Source: Ramazzottius varieornatus | Lineage: Eukaryota > Animalia > Tardigrada | Direction: 5' to 3' | DNA length: 64,000 bases | NCBI GenBank assembly: GCA_001949185.1 | Contig: BDGG01000008.1 | Location: 744,001-808,000 of the forward strand | Shown here: piece after piece, positions 24,695 to 37,896 of the stretch | How the letters are laid out: the number at the start of each line of letters is the position of its first letter | Position numbering within the stretch: position 1 is the first letter of the stretch | Made by a program: the position numbers and the translations under genes | The notes under the pieces: generated by a model | Told to the model about the DNA's origin: nothing | Seen by the model: the letters and a program-made list of their open reading frames with translations, nothing else | Database searches by the model: none

Positions 24695-25243
24695 ATGATG
24701 ATGCACCTTCGCCCTAGCTCCATCCTGTTTAGGCATGTAGCAAAGTCTCCATGCTGTTCAGTGACGGAGTTCTCGACATCGGCCAGTGTATTCGGACTGA
24801 GAAAGTCAAGAAAAGGACCGAAGACAACGAAAGATATACCATGGCACCAGCAGCATTACTTCTACGATAAAATGGAACATGAATATCCGGAAGGTCTGCA
24901 CGGACGTGGAGTGAGGCCCATCGGTTACAGAGACCCAACGACTAGAAAGTTTCATGTCGTTCCTGAGATGATCCCTGAACTTGTCGTTCCCGACCTGACT
25001 GATTTCAAGCTCAAGCCGTATGTCTCATATAAGGTACCTGACACCGTCGAAGCGCCTATGTCTGCCCGAGATCTTTTCGATGCGGTCTATGGACGGAGGA
25101 TCAAGGACGAGTTTGACGATGGTAAACTCGAAGCAGAAGTGAAGGAAGTTTTGGAGAAAGAGCAAAGGCAAGAGCTGACGAGACATTCGTACGACACGGA
25201 ACCTCCTCGCATGCTCGATAGTACCAAAAGACCTGTCGTATGA
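24695..25243 (+). CDS. MRPL41: Mitochondrial ribosomal protein L41 (mL41)
   Basis: Presequence, then GRGVRPIG...FHVVPEMIPELVVPDLTDFKLKPYVSY and ARDLFDAVYG; single coding exon. Confidence 0.93.
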   Translation: MMMHLRPSSILFRHVAKSPCCSVTEFSTSASVFGLRKSRKGPKTTKDIPWHQQHYFYDKMEHEYPEGLHGRGVRPIGYRDPTTRKFHVVPEMIPELVVPDLTDFKLKPYVSYKVPDTVEAPMSARDLFDAVYGRRIKDEFDDGKLEAEVKEVLEKEQRQELTRHSYDTEPPRMLDSTKRPVV

Positions 25244-26199
25244 TGAGTCTTGTTTTATTAACGCTCTGCCTCTTGTTTTTTTTCTAACCTTCGACGATGT
25301 AAAGTCCACCTGTGCGTTGAAAAGCGTATCCTGTACTGTTTGGGACTTTGTTCTTGTGTACTTTCATGGAGTGATTTCTGTTTGGTCATTTCAGTCCGCT
25401 GTTCTATAAAACTAGTACAGTGTGGGAGTACAGATCGATTCGCAAAACGGTTATCAACGGTCTTTACGGTGAAAAATGAGCTGGTAGCCAGAGCCAGGAG
25501 CTCTCTACGGCAGGCGGGAAAAAAGGTGTCAACATCGTAGATTTACGATCGTGTTGGTACGAACGTTTCTGTAGACAAACTGGTATTGGCATTTGGCGTT
25601 TTAATCACCTCATTCTTGTTCTTAAATCACAATCGGTAATCTTCATCGTGCGAATACATTTATTTAGTTCGCCAATTGCATAAGGAACTCCGCGAGACCA
25701 CACAGTAGCTGCAGCTCACCGATCGAAGGCGCTCGTGTCAGATCGAGGTAGATTCACCAACCTGTAGCCGAATTCATCGATAATTGCATGTATAGAGAGT
25801 CGACCAAGAGCTGGACGGACAAAAGCAGCAAGGTACACAAAGGAAAAACTGGAAAAGTGTTCTTTAGTGCGGAGAACTGCTGAACAAGTTTACTTACTGC
25901 GTCACCACTCTCCTCGGAAACCCGCTTATTCCATCCATCCATTGATTTTTCATCTTTCTACTCACCTGGCTCTGTACGTCCGTGCTGAGTGTTCACTGCG
26001 CTGCAAATGGAAATTGTGCGCAAACAGATCGAAGGCGCGTTTGCTGAATTCGTTAAGTTAGACCCGAGTTGCTTACTTTACTTACCTCGGTCCATTAACC
26101 CACCTCACAATGGAAAGAGAGTTGTGTCAAGCAAAGCTCTGTTCCTGCATTCCCCTTCAGAGTGGCCAGGATCGATCCCTTTCATGGAAGAATTGACAG

Positions 26200-26281
26200 A
26201 ACGAGCCAATAAACCTGAAACTTTGCTCACCGTACACTTTGCTTCGGTTTGAGCTAAATTCTCAGGCCTATTAGCTGCGTC
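26200..26281 (-). ncRNA. mir-87: microRNA mir-87 precursor; mature 3p GUGAGCAAAGUUUCAGGUUUAU at 26230-26209
   Basis: The minus strand folds into a ~33-bp stem: AGCTAATAGGCCTGAGA pairs with TTTCAGGTTTATTGGCT, plus GCTCA/TGAGC and ACCG/CGGT, with a 12-nt loop. The 3' arm matches the first 18 nt of miR-87 (GUGAGCAAAGUUUCAGGU). Confidence 0.9.
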
Positions 26282-29200
26282 CATCTTTGCAGTGTTAGGA
26301 AGGCTAATCAGTGTGGCACAATATGCACTTGTGTCTGCTGAAGGAGGGTCATCCCATCGACGATTACCAATGAGCTGACGCCCATCAACGGCTCGTAAAT
26401 CATTTTCCACCGGATGTAAGTTCGAGCACAACTTTTTCCCTCACTCAATCGACGTAACGCCCGACTGCACTTCACGCCTGCAACACAGAGAGGTGTTCAT
26501 TTAGAAAACAAGTATCACACATGTGAGTCGCTTGAGCTTAGAGCCAAAAGACTCAAAGAGCAACAACACCGCATCAAGCCTTGAAAAATGGAAAGGAAGC
26601 CAACGGCATGTCATTCTAGCATGAATTAGCTGTCGCTCCCAGACAGCAAACTGACACCTTCACCCATAAGATTGTGTTTCCTTCCGCAATCTTCAAGCAA
26701 AAGAAACACCCATCATACCGAAGTATTCGAAAAACATTTCAATTTAAAATTCAACTTTAAGAAAACTTTTTTTTCTCGAATCGATCATTCCAGTTTGGGG
26801 AGAAAACAGTCTAAAAATACGACAAGGATGAAAGTGGGGAAAGATTACTGATTCGAACCGGCTGCTGACGTTAGGAAATCCTTTCAAGATGGTCTCGTCC
26901 CTTCATCGCATCGCATCGTGCTCCCACTTCTTCCAATCGAGCTCATCAAACCAGGCCTGCAGGAAAAATAAATAAACAGAAAATATTCATAGCCATTTGA
27001 CTATATGGCCGGTATGGATATGGGCAATTGCAAACAAGCCAGTCCACCAAGAAGACGATCGTAATCGAAAACGCGTTGCATGATGAGTGCGTGCGGAAGA
27101 GTTCGCCGATCGCATCGGATCGACATGCGCAACCACCAGCTCAAACCGAGAGGGAAGCGAGTAAAGTGAAGCGAGAGAATGGAGCGCAAGTAGCATAAAA
27201 GCGATGCAGAGCTCTAATACTTACGTCAGCCGAAACACACTCAACCTTATTCCTTCCGTTTTCGTCCAGCCTTCCAGAGCGAGGAGCGAAAGCTCAGTCT
27301 ATTATCGATCCCTCTTTTCCCTTTTCCCATTCCATCCACGAGTCCATCCGCCCCCGCAAATACACCACCCTGATCGGCTTGTTTTGCTTCTGGGCACCCA
27401 TCCACGTTCCTGTACGTGAGTTACCTTCCAGGCATACGCTCATACAGGCATACTCTCCATACAGGAAGAGTCCAATCACAAGAACGATTGACAGTACAAG
27501 AAAAAGTGTTGAAGGAGGCAGATTTCTTACCGTGCTTTTTGCCTTCCTCCCTTCTCTTCCCTCCGGCATCCTCCTTCCTTTCAAGCTATGTCCGTTCACA
27601 TCATCGCGTCATTATGGGAGATGGAGCTCACAGGCCGCACAGCTCGGAGACCGATCTTGCAACACATTATGGGGCCAGATTAAATTTAACCACATCATCT
27701 TGCAATGTTTATTTCGCCAATCACTCACACACCAAACACATACGCACATACACACTCCCAATGCGGGTAGAGCGCCTAGTGTAACTCGATCTCTCAGGCC
27801 AATCTACCATCAATGACAAGCTAGTTTGTCTTACGCTAATATGGCCAGGCCTCAGATCTCTTTCCTCGGTAGTACAAAGACGAAAGACCTCCTCGCTCGA
27901 CCACAAAGACCTCACCAGCTTAATCTTGCACGTAAGAGGCTTTCATGAGGTATAGCGCTAGCGTTCAAAAGCGTCAGCTTACCATAAGTCACTCTTTCAC
28001 GGAACCAACCCGGCTTTTTTAATGAGCCCGCATTTGGAAACACGATCGATGCGCAGGTCGACCTGTGCAAACTTTACTCAGTCGTCGTCGCATTTCGTGC
28101 TAGAGAGAAAAATACAAGAGCTGTCCTGTAGCGAGAAGAACGAAAAGCTCGAGCAGCGTTACGACGGGGATCGAAAATGTTATTGACAAAACGCCGGCAT
28201 ACGAAGCTAAGAGCGACACGTTACCCATCGAGAAATGAACGGTCGGCTTCACTTTCCCCTTCTGCACACACATGCACGACGGCCGGAGAATCTATAACTG
28301 GTCCAACGGTAAAGTTTGCTCATAGAGAAATCATAATGGACTTTTATTTGTTCAACTTCTCGCTGCACAGCATAGCACACCACAGCTCGGCGTAATGCGC
28401 ATGCCAGCAGCCGCCACGGCATCGTCAACCCTCATCGATTTTCCAGCTAGCAATCAGACCCCGACAACGACAGCTACCATACACTTTCAAGTCTCTATAC
28501 GGTGGGTACGGACAAAGGAAGCGGCCTTTGCTTTTTCCTTCAGCGAAAAGACTCAGCGCGACATTGAACCAGTTTGTCGAACACGCAATATGCTCTCGAC
28601 CCAAAAGAGTTTCTCAATTCGTTCAACCACGGAAAAATTCGTCAAACAAGCACGGCTTTCGTGGCAGCGGCGAACCGCGACGAAACCGGTTCCAGCAACA
28701 GAGCAACACCATGACCAGGTATGGAATCGAAGGCAGCCTGGTACGACCGGCATCTACCAACTTCCATCACCTGAATTCAAAAGCTTTTCATTCCGCATTC
28801 CGGTATCGTACTACCATTATTATTGACTAACTTGGCCATTCAGCAAACGCCCACCAGAATACTGATTTCCCACGTAACCGCGGACCGCGACACGAAAGGG
28901 CGAACCGGAAGTGGTTCTCTCCGCCATGAGAAGTTCTCCAACAAACTGATCACAAAAATCACTCAGTCTGGTGACGACCCTTGGGCCACCCAAACGAACA
29001 TCTAACGACAACCTGAGAAGCCAATATGCGCCATTAAACCAGCAGTGAAATTCTGAGGGAAATTTTCGAGAAAAAAACTGAGCGAAGAACAAGAATTTTT
29101 CGAAAACTGGATTAAACTTTCTCTGCGAGCTTTACGAGTGAAAGCGTGCTTCGAATTAGAAGAGCCAGCGCCTTATCATTAGGGGACTATTTGGTCCACA

Positions 29201-29653
29201 CAGCAGGGCACACACCGCAGCAGCAAAGGCCGGGAAGGCTTTGTAAGCCTCTTCAAACAAACGCCATTTTGAAAGTGCTCTACTTGCTCACGGTTTCAAG
29301 TTGAGACGTGACGTCCATCATCTATAATGGCAAGCAGCCTCTCATCGTCCCTTCTTGCCGGGTTCAAATTTTCATACTTGTCTCGTCGGTCTCCTCCACT
29401 AGAAAAACATGCAGTTCCGACAAACACGTAATACGGCACCGTGGAAGAAGGCAAGGCCAAACCTGTCTATGTCAAATAACCCACACAAAAACAAGGTAGG
29501 TACAAAAGAGAGCGCCTTTCACATCCACCTGCTGCTCCAGCGAAATATGAACCAAGGAAACCAGCTCCATTAAAAACACTCTCAGTCTATTCATGCAGGC
29601 CAATACGGGCAAAGCTTTTCAACCGAGTCCATTTACTCTCCACTAGCATTGTT

Positions 29654-29716
29654 ATTCACCCGGAATATTTGCTCAGCCAGCCTTTGACGGCCTTAACTTC
29701 AAACAGGAAAGTGAAC
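29654..29716 (-). ncRNA. Candidate second mir-87-family hairpin (3p CUGAGCAAAUAUUCCGGGUGAA)
   Basis: Same UGAGCAAA seed. Imperfect stem GTTCACTT/GGGTGAAT, TGTTTG/CAAATA and GGCC/GGCT with internal loops; same strand as mir-87. Confidence 0.35.
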
Positions 29717-29921
29717 TATAGAGCGCCATGACTCAAGAGCTCACACCTTGCCCAAGTTTCAACAAGAGGGACAATTTAGCCGCGGAATGACCGGAAATTG
29801 CTTGGAATTGCCAAGTACCAACAGTAGTCTGTCGACTTCCACCTTCTCACTGCCCTATTCCCCAAACAGTCCGGTGATCAAATTCATAACGACCATACCA
29901 CCCAGACAAAACAATGAGAAC

Positions 29922-30045
29922 TGGAAGGCCGGCAAAGAATTTTGGGACGATCGTCATTGCAAGTGGCGCAGTCCTCCTTGCTACTATCTGAGAACGTACG
30001 CCACTTAGAACAACGATCATCCCTATACTATTTGCCGGCTTCCCA
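29922..30045. mobile_element. Fold-back element, copy B (in the non-coding mir-87 interval)
   Basis: ggaaggccggcaaagaattttgggacgatcgtcattgcaagtggcg...cgccacttagaacaacgatcatccctatactatttgccggcttccca. Confidence 0.8.
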
Positions 30046-32740
30046 AGTATGCTCTTCGAACGGGAATGCTATACCAAAATAGTATTGTACAATCCCAAAA
30101 GGTTTGCTCACCTGTCTGACCGGTTCCCCGATGCCTGATTGTTCCGTTCCTTCAGGCTTGCAACGACGATGTAGGGAAAACCCATGTCTCGGCATATTAG
30201 CACTGCACGTCAATCAAGACTTCCATTCTGTAAGAATTAATATGATGAGATAATCGTCACGCGAGATTACCCTTCAAATCTACAGTGTAAGAAAGACGGC
30301 GACCGGGCAGAGAAGATAATTTATGCCCAAAAGGACCGAAAGCCAGCAATAAAGCATGGCTGGAAATACCGCGCATGCACTGTTTGACTTACGTACTCCC
30401 ACAGAAGGGAAAATGGCGAGTTAGGAATTAAGATGCATCAGCTTAAATCGCACCAGTAAGCTTTCTTTGGAGAGCGGCCTTATGGTACAAGTAGTACATA
30501 ATCCGGCGAAGCAGCGAGTTAAACGCCACGGCGCCACCCAGCATTCTCTACAGCAGCTTCGTCTTATAGAGTCGGTCGTACATACAGAAAGCTGCTTCGA
30601 TCAAACATGCATCGCTCTACTTTACTTTGACGTAACGGTGCAAATCATCAAAGAAAAGTCTTCCCCAGGCACTTAAACCCCTTCACAAAGAAGGTCTGTC
30701 TACAGTAGAAAGAGCAGGCGTTGCTCAGTGCCCCTACAAGAGCAAGTCTATACTGAACTGCTGACGAGGAAGATTTGCTGCACGTCTTTAGTCATTGCTC
30801 AATTCCCACGGCTAAAGCTCGCACAACATCAATTGTATGATGGTGAGCGAGCAAATAACGCCACCGACAGCATGCAATCCGATCTGCAAGACACTTCACT
30901 TACCCAATTAATCCGCCTGGATGTAGGTATACGGAATACCGGTCACAGGTGATTGAGGCTTTGTGTGGAGTCTTCCTTCCTCCAAAGAGGTTTTCGACCT
31001 GAATAAAGGAAGGAAGATCATAAACAGGAAATATGGCCGGCATTCCGTGGACCAAAACCTAATGTGTCAAGACGCAAATTAGCATGATACGATTAATTGA
31101 GCGATTTAGTTGCAGCGATTATCAATCACTTATCTCACAACTGATAAGACACCCCATTATTCCATTCATCACACATCGCAGCGTGTCTACGACTTTCATC
31201 ACTTCCAAGAGCGGATACCGAATAGATTTATCACAAAATACTACTGTACGACAAAACAAAATTAATTGTCAAAAATATTTCATATCCAAGAAAAGTTAAA
31301 AAACGCGGATCAAAGTGGATTTTCTGGAACAAAATTCATCTTCTCAGGGAGGCTGCAGACTGCATGGAGCTTCAGAAGTCGTATGTCGCACTTTATCATC
31401 ATTACAAGGCGATAAATGATAAAAGCGAACAGATATTTTGACAAGTGCAAGCTCAGAGGGAAAGTAACACCATATAACTCTATCGGGCAAGTGATCACGC
31501 ACATCTTGCGCTAGTTTATCTTAAACCAATTACTAGAATCAACTTCCAACTTACATCGCCAACTGCTGTACTCCATCAAGACCGCAGACTCCATATATCC
31601 ACGGCTCCTTCCCCCATCGGTCTCACGGCGTAGCTTGCGTGTTCGGCATCCCATCATTTCCATTCCCCACCAAGTACCAACACAGCCTACGATCAATCTG
31701 ACGAAAAATACACAATCAAGATTTCAGCAGAAAATTCATCGTAAGTGCATCCGAACTTCAGGACAAGTTTCACTACGCAAGCAGGTCATGATAAGAAGGT
31801 AAGACTTACCAGCTGTAGGAGGCTGAGTTTTCAAGTGTCGCAAAAGATGCATCAGCAGCCTGGTTTCTAACGGATACAGTTCAAAATGTCGTCAAACGTT
31901 CCCACCGGATTCATTGCACGGATTCCTGCTCCTGCAGCAGCATGCATATCCGTCGAGGGAAGGCTTCAAGAGCTTATAACAGCTGGAAAACACGGCAAGA
32001 AGAGAAGTCAAAAGCGTAGCCAACAAGTAGAATTTCCTGCAACTCGATCATTGTTAGAACTGACTCGAGTGCCTATTCACCGGTCTACATCGAGATGCTC
32101 GTCGACATAAAAACTTGTTTCACCATTTTTTTCGTGTGCAAGTCATCGGTAACTGTCGTAGTGACTTAGCGTACGGTCACGGCAATTCATCAGGACAAGC
32201 AAGATGGCCGCGAGCAACTTGTTCATCTAACCGTTCATCACGCCGTAACAGCATGAAAACATTGTTTAATGAAGTTTCCGCTCACCTCGTCATCGCACGT
32301 CTTTGTCTTCTCTCCCCTTCTGCATCAGCCTTCCGGTACCGTAGTGGAAATTGACGGGTCTGACAACCGGGGAAAACCTGTCTAGATTCAACGGACCGTT
32401 GGAACTAAGCTGAGAAAGCCTGGACAACACATCGCTGTCGCTGCGCCGATGTAAGAGAATCTTCCTACCGTTGAGTAGTTGCGTCTTCATCGTTCGCCCG
32501 TGTACGGTTTGCGGAAGCAGCCATATGAAAAAATTCTCGGAAGAGTCAGACATAGAATGAATCAAGGTGTCGGCGCAGCATCAGGCCTTCAGCAAAGCAT
32601 CCGATCCTCCAGATTCGGCTTCCTGAAAGCAAATATCAACGAACGAGAACAAAAAGTGGTAAATTGAATCTGGATTCCTGAATTCGAAAATTTTCCGCCG
32701 ATTTCATTTTGCATTTTGAAACTTCAAAACGGTTGCTTCT

Positions 32741-32758
32741 CCCCCCCCCCCCCCCCCC
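32741..32758. repeat. C18 homopolymer (G18 on the minus strand)
   Basis: 18 consecutive C residues next to a GC-rich promoter-like stretch with CCGGAAGTG at ~32932. Confidence 0.9.
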
Positions 32759-33544
32759 GAGAGGCGGTTTAGCCGTTTAGCGAACAGATACTCCGGGGCG
32801 TCCGCAGCTCAGCTGGATATACCAAACCCGAGCGGAGCCGGGGCGAGGCCCTGCCTGACAAAGCTGCAACGTTGCCCCAAAGTTCGCAAGCCCGCCAAAG
32901 CGAAAAAGCGGGAATGATTAATGAGGAAGTTCCGGAAGTGAAAATCTTAGCTCCCGGTACTGTCTACTGTACGGTACAGGTGAGACTGAGCAGGCGCGAA
33001 GGAACCAGGATATTGCGATATGGTCGCGCATAGCATCCCTCGAATCTTGCGCGTGCAGCTCATTGGCTGATTTTTAGTGCTGCGCCTTACCGCGTGCGGC
33101 GTCTTTCCAGGGTGTCTTGTCTGCGCGAATCCCACCTCTAGCTCCCGGCTCTCAGTCTCATGAGCGCCATCAGTGACCGGTTCACGACTTAGCTACTCAG
33201 AGTTCCAACCACTTGTAAAGTTGGAAATCCGTCCCGAAATCGGTGTTAATTTGTTAACCTGTGATCTTTATGATATATTATCACGTCACGTCACGGGTAG
33301 CACGTCAACTGACTGATAAGTATATCCGTAAGAAATGACGCAAAAACATCCAACAACCGAACAATACTCGTGCTCATCGGTCCGCAAGCACAATCTCCCC
33401 TCATATCCAAAAAGGGAGAAACATCTTAATCACAGTATAAATTACGATGAAGACCAGGATCTGAAATATTCGGCGCTGCGCCCGTTCGACCCACGGAGAC
33501 ATCTTTGGCCTGCCGAGTTGATCCAGTTCTTCGGGCTCGTACCG

Positions 33545-35452
33545 TCAAGCTTGACTTCTTTCTCTTGACTGCGTTGACGACGCAGAAGAAGAGTCCTTCA
33601 CATCGGTCGACCTCCCCGTCGTGCCTTTCGAACCTTTCTCCGTTTCAGCATACGCTTCTAAGAGAGACTTCTGCTTCTCTGTCAGTCTTTTTGGTACTTT
33701 GATCTTTACTTGTACGTAGTGGTCGCCGTATCCGTAGCTGTTGAGCTTCTTGATACCTTTGGCAGGCAGGTTGATCTTGGTATGGGATGACGTTCCAGGA
33801 GGGATGGTGATTTGATGGTCTTCGTAGATACCGTCTATTTTCAGCGTACCTCCAAGCGCTGCTTGTGCTATGGATATCTCGACGTCACTGTGGACATCGG
33901 CACCTTCTCTTCGGAAGATATCGCTTCTTGAAACCCGAAACGTCACAAAGATTTCTTTATTTCCAACGGGCATGCGAACAGTTTGGCCATCTTCCACACC
34001 GGCCGGGACAGGAACCGTTACCGTCTTCCGTTGCACCGTCTTACCTTTGCCCTCACAGTCGATACAGGGGTTCTTGATGAAAACGCGCGTACCTAACGAG
34101 AAATATCATTTTACACACAGTGCACTTCTAAGTTTGACGGTCAGTCAACAAGCATGCGATTCCAAACCGTCCTGTTGAACAGAGAACGAAAACGAGGACC
34201 AACATTTGATTTCGAGGTGCAACGAACGAACTGCACTGGCCATTCTCTACCTACATACTTCCGCCTGACACACTGACTACGATAAGCTCACTGTATGCAG
34301 GTGGATGCAATATTGCTGTTTCTCGGTTCGCAACGGAAGAGCATGCATATTGCAAAATTCTAGTCAACTTCCAATGACATACCTCTGCACTGACGACAAG
34401 TGCTGCGCATGACGAAAGGCCCGGTGCTGATGGTTTCCATCCCACTTCCGTTGCAAGAAGGACACTTCGTCGGTTTGGTTCCGGGTTCACATTTACTTCC
34501 GTTACACTTTGGACATGTATCGGTAATGTTGATTCTGACATCCTTGTTCACACCTCGTGCTGCCTGTGTAAAGGTGAGGTCCATCATGATTTCTTGACTC
34601 CGTCCAAAGCCACTTCCGCTCTCGTTGAAGTCATCCACGTTCTCAAAATTTCCCGCGCCAGCACCGGTGAAGCGATCCCCGAATATCCGTCTGAAAAGTT
34701 CTTCGGGATCTATTTGGCCACTGAATCCACCAAAACCGCCTGCTCCTGCTCCACCACCGGGACTGAAACCTCCATACTGCGCTCCGGGAGAGCCTGTCAA
34801 CAAAAAATTATTAAACAACATTGATTCGGAGCTCGGTAAAACAATTTGACAAGATTTTTTTCCCAAGAGGCGCACGTTTACACCGTTATTGGCTGAAAGC
34901 CTGCGCCAGATTGGTAAACCAATCTTGTCGACTTTGTAATTACAAAGAATGGATTATTATGAAGAAAGAATGGACAAAAAGAAATACCCTACCTGCGCCG
35001 CTTCCAGGAGGTGGTGGATAATTATCGCCAGCAGTTCCCCACTGATCATAGGTCTTTCTTTTGGACTCGTCGCTGAGTATCTCGTATGCTTCTGACACTT
35101 CTTGAAATTTCTTGCTGGCTTGTGGATCGTTCTTGTTCGTATCAGGATGGTATTTCTTTGCTAGCTGATAATAGGCCTTCTTGATGTCTTTCTGCGCCGC
35201 TGTCTTCGGGACTCCGAGAACCTCGTAGAAATCACGCTTCTTCTGGTGAGACAGGGATGAAGTGCGGAAACTCCGCACGGGCACATCTTTTGGGCTGATA
35301 GCAGATCTGTCCGCGGAACAAAAAGAAAGAACGGCAGAACTACGGGTTAACAAAGTACCGAGATTTCGATGCGCAGAAGAATGTCTTCTGAGCCAGTCTA
35401 AATTCGATGCGCCCAGAGCAGCTCGAGATGCAAGGGAACGGAGAAGCGACAT
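33545..35452 (-). CDS. DNAJA3: Mitochondrial DnaJ homologue Tid1 / l(2)tid
   Basis: Presequence; J-domain (DFYEVLGV...[11 protein letters not shown]); G/F region; [12 protein letters not shown]; CxxCxGxG zinc fingers; [12 protein letters not shown]; [15 protein letters not shown]. An upstream in-frame ATG lies at 35512. Confidence 0.96.
34827..34945. mobile_element. Intronic fold-back element, copy C
   Basis: ggagctcggtaaaacaatttgacaagatttttttcccaagaggcgcac...tgcgccagattggtaaaccaatcttgtcga, in a DNAJA3 intron (~34794-34993). Confidence 0.82.
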
Positions 35453-37003
35453 CTGCGGAAAAATGGTCTGGTGATGTCGCAAGAGCTGGCTGACTTCGCG
35501 GCACGACTTCATCCTCGATGACCGGTTCGGTGTCTGGGTTCGCCAGCTATGCCTGATGAATCCTTTAGAGCGGAAGCATCGACTTCATATACGCGAGCAC
35601 AAGGTGCGCATGCGAAAATCAAACCTGAAACAGAAGCTACAGCGGATTTCCATCGCGATTACATCACGTGTGCTAATCAAACATGATATTTATTCCCCCA
35701 GACGTCCTTACCTGCCGAATACCACTCGTCCACATCAACTGTTAAAGGACCCAAGAACAAAGATGTAGCCTGGACTCCAGAAGATCAGACGACCGCAAAT
35801 CGAGAAGGAACACAATTGAGAGATTGCGCTAAGAGGTAAAACGACCGATCAGCGATCAGGCATCAAGCAGTCAGCCTGAACGCTCAATGCTGATCGTACT
35901 TCCTGACGGGTAGCGCAGCACGTTGTGCAGATCGCAAACCCCAGTCAGCCAGTCAGCTGATGACTGATGACGGTAACTTTCGACGCTTCGGCTGTCGGTC
36001 CAGCTGGATTTCTTCTCGCTCTTCGACGTCTATTGTCTCGTATCTTCCTCATAAACGCAGTTCTCACATGTCTAGCTAGGAAGACTCGCAGGAGAGAAAC
36101 AAAGCGGTCCTACCTCGAATGCAGTGCTGGTATATCACAGCGTAATGAGCGCTGGTCAGCTGTCCGAACTTGCCGTCTTCCGAATTTTGCCGACGTCCCG
36201 GCGCTTTGATTCTTCAACCGATGATGTGACTTAGCTCACTAGATACTATCTGAGGAGTTGAGCTCACCAACAAGGGTATCCTCGGTAGCAGTTCCGCTGC
36301 CTAACAGCAGACCATCCAGAAGCAACGCTCAGCAAGCTTTGATATTGGAAGTCAATGGAAGGAGTTTCCCCCACGACTCTTAAGACAACCCGGAGAAGCC
36401 TTACCTTGCTCTTTGACGATATGATGGTAGCAGATAGTTGCATTGATATGTGGCAGCGAGATGAAGTCAAGAAACAGTAGGAGAAATTCAAGACTTGCAT
36501 TCCTGTAAAAGTTTGGATGCCAAGAAGTGAGTCGAAAGCAAGGCTGTTCGGGCACTCAGGGGCCCGCAAAAGGAATCAGCCAAAGTCGAACTTTCCTGAT
36601 CGGTCCAGTGCGATCAGGAAGCGAAGCGATCAGGCTGGCAACGTTTCAACCAATCAGCGTATCCTTCGGTTTACAAACAAACAGACTTCCTGATCCTGAT
36701 CGGTCCCCCGGCTGGGACGCACGGTCTTAAATGAAATCGCGATTCGGGAAGAATCCGAATTTCGAAATCTGCAAAGCTGCATAGACAATTAAGACGTCTC
36801 GAGATGTTGTCAATCAGCCCTACGTTCAACGACGACGTACGTCACTCCACGGTTAATCTCGATTGATTGCAAGCAGCCAATAGATTGATTGGACAATAAC
36901 ATACGAAGTTTCAGATTTTCGACTTTGTAACTTGGAAGTTCGAACTTCAAGTCGCTCTTAGTCTTCCGTTATCTCGCATATCCTTCCTTCACCTACAGGT
37001 ACG

Positions 37004-37727
37004 ATGCTACCAGCAGAGAAGTTGCTGGACCTGTCTTCGGAGGATACCCGCGATGGAGCACGGAATACTGGAGGTGCTGAGCCGCATACAGTGACAGGTA
37101 GCAGTGATCAGCGATGACAGATTCATAATGATTAGGGAATCTACTCAATCTGTAGGATATCCATTTCTGTTAGTAAGTAGTTAACTTAGCCGTACCATAG
37201 AAGTCAGCACTCTGTTATGCAATGAACGTTCCGCCACTAACCAAGGGTGTGCTCTCTGTTAGACCAAAACTGGAGTTACTTTTATTTGGTGTGTGCCTCT
37301 TTGTTATGGGGCAGCACGAACCCGCTAATCCGGAAGGCTTCGCGTCAGAAGCAACCAGAAGTCGTTTCTCCTCCACGCAAGCCGAAGACCCTTATCAGCT
37401 TTCTCAGAATCGACGCGGGTCTAAAATTCGTAAAGAACTGGCAGGTAAGGCCAAGAGAAAACTTAGAGCCGAACTCTCTCGTAACAACTGTTGCTCGTTT
37501 TACAGCTATCGCTTCCCCTGGCCATAAATCAGCTTGGGTCCCTGTTCTTCCTGACCGGGCTAGCCCATACCAAACTGAGCTTCGCTGTCCCTTTCGTAAA
37601 CTCCCTAACTTTTGTGATTACGAGTATCACCGGATTGTTTATTGGAGAATTTCTCACTGCAAGACAGTGCTTAGGGATGGTTTCAGTCATAACGGGCATC
37701 ATATTTTGTACTCGAGATGCCCTGTGA
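37004..37727 (+). CDS. TMEM234: Transmembrane protein 234 homologue
   Basis: LLWGSTNPLIRK...NWQ|LSLPLAINQLGSLFF...LSFAVPFVNSLTFVITSITGLFIGE; the first exon and start are less certain. Confidence 0.88.
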
Positions 37728-37896
37728 TCTATAAAAACAACTGCAAGTTACAGCAGTGTCAGAGAAGGAAATCCAACCACTAGAATGAAGACTCCGCTAA
37801 CATAAGCCCGGAGAGGTCACCCAAAGATCTGGAAGGGAAAGCAACAGCAAGAATGACCAGAAAATCCATTTTCAGTGCCAGTGTTTAAGCACAAAT

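Noticed and set aside
27294-27599. 101-aa minus-strand ORF with an apparent transmembrane segment
   Set aside because: It starts at GTG, and the hydrophobic stretch follows a strong GTAAGA donor, so it is probably a translated pyrimidine-rich intron.
30905-30958. Hairpin aatccgcctg...ggtat/atacc...caggtgatt as a microRNA
   Set aside because: The stem is too short and matches no miRNA I recognise.
36221-36256. C/D-box-like ATGATG...CTGA
   Set aside because: Only ~35 nt between the boxes, too short for a snoRNA.
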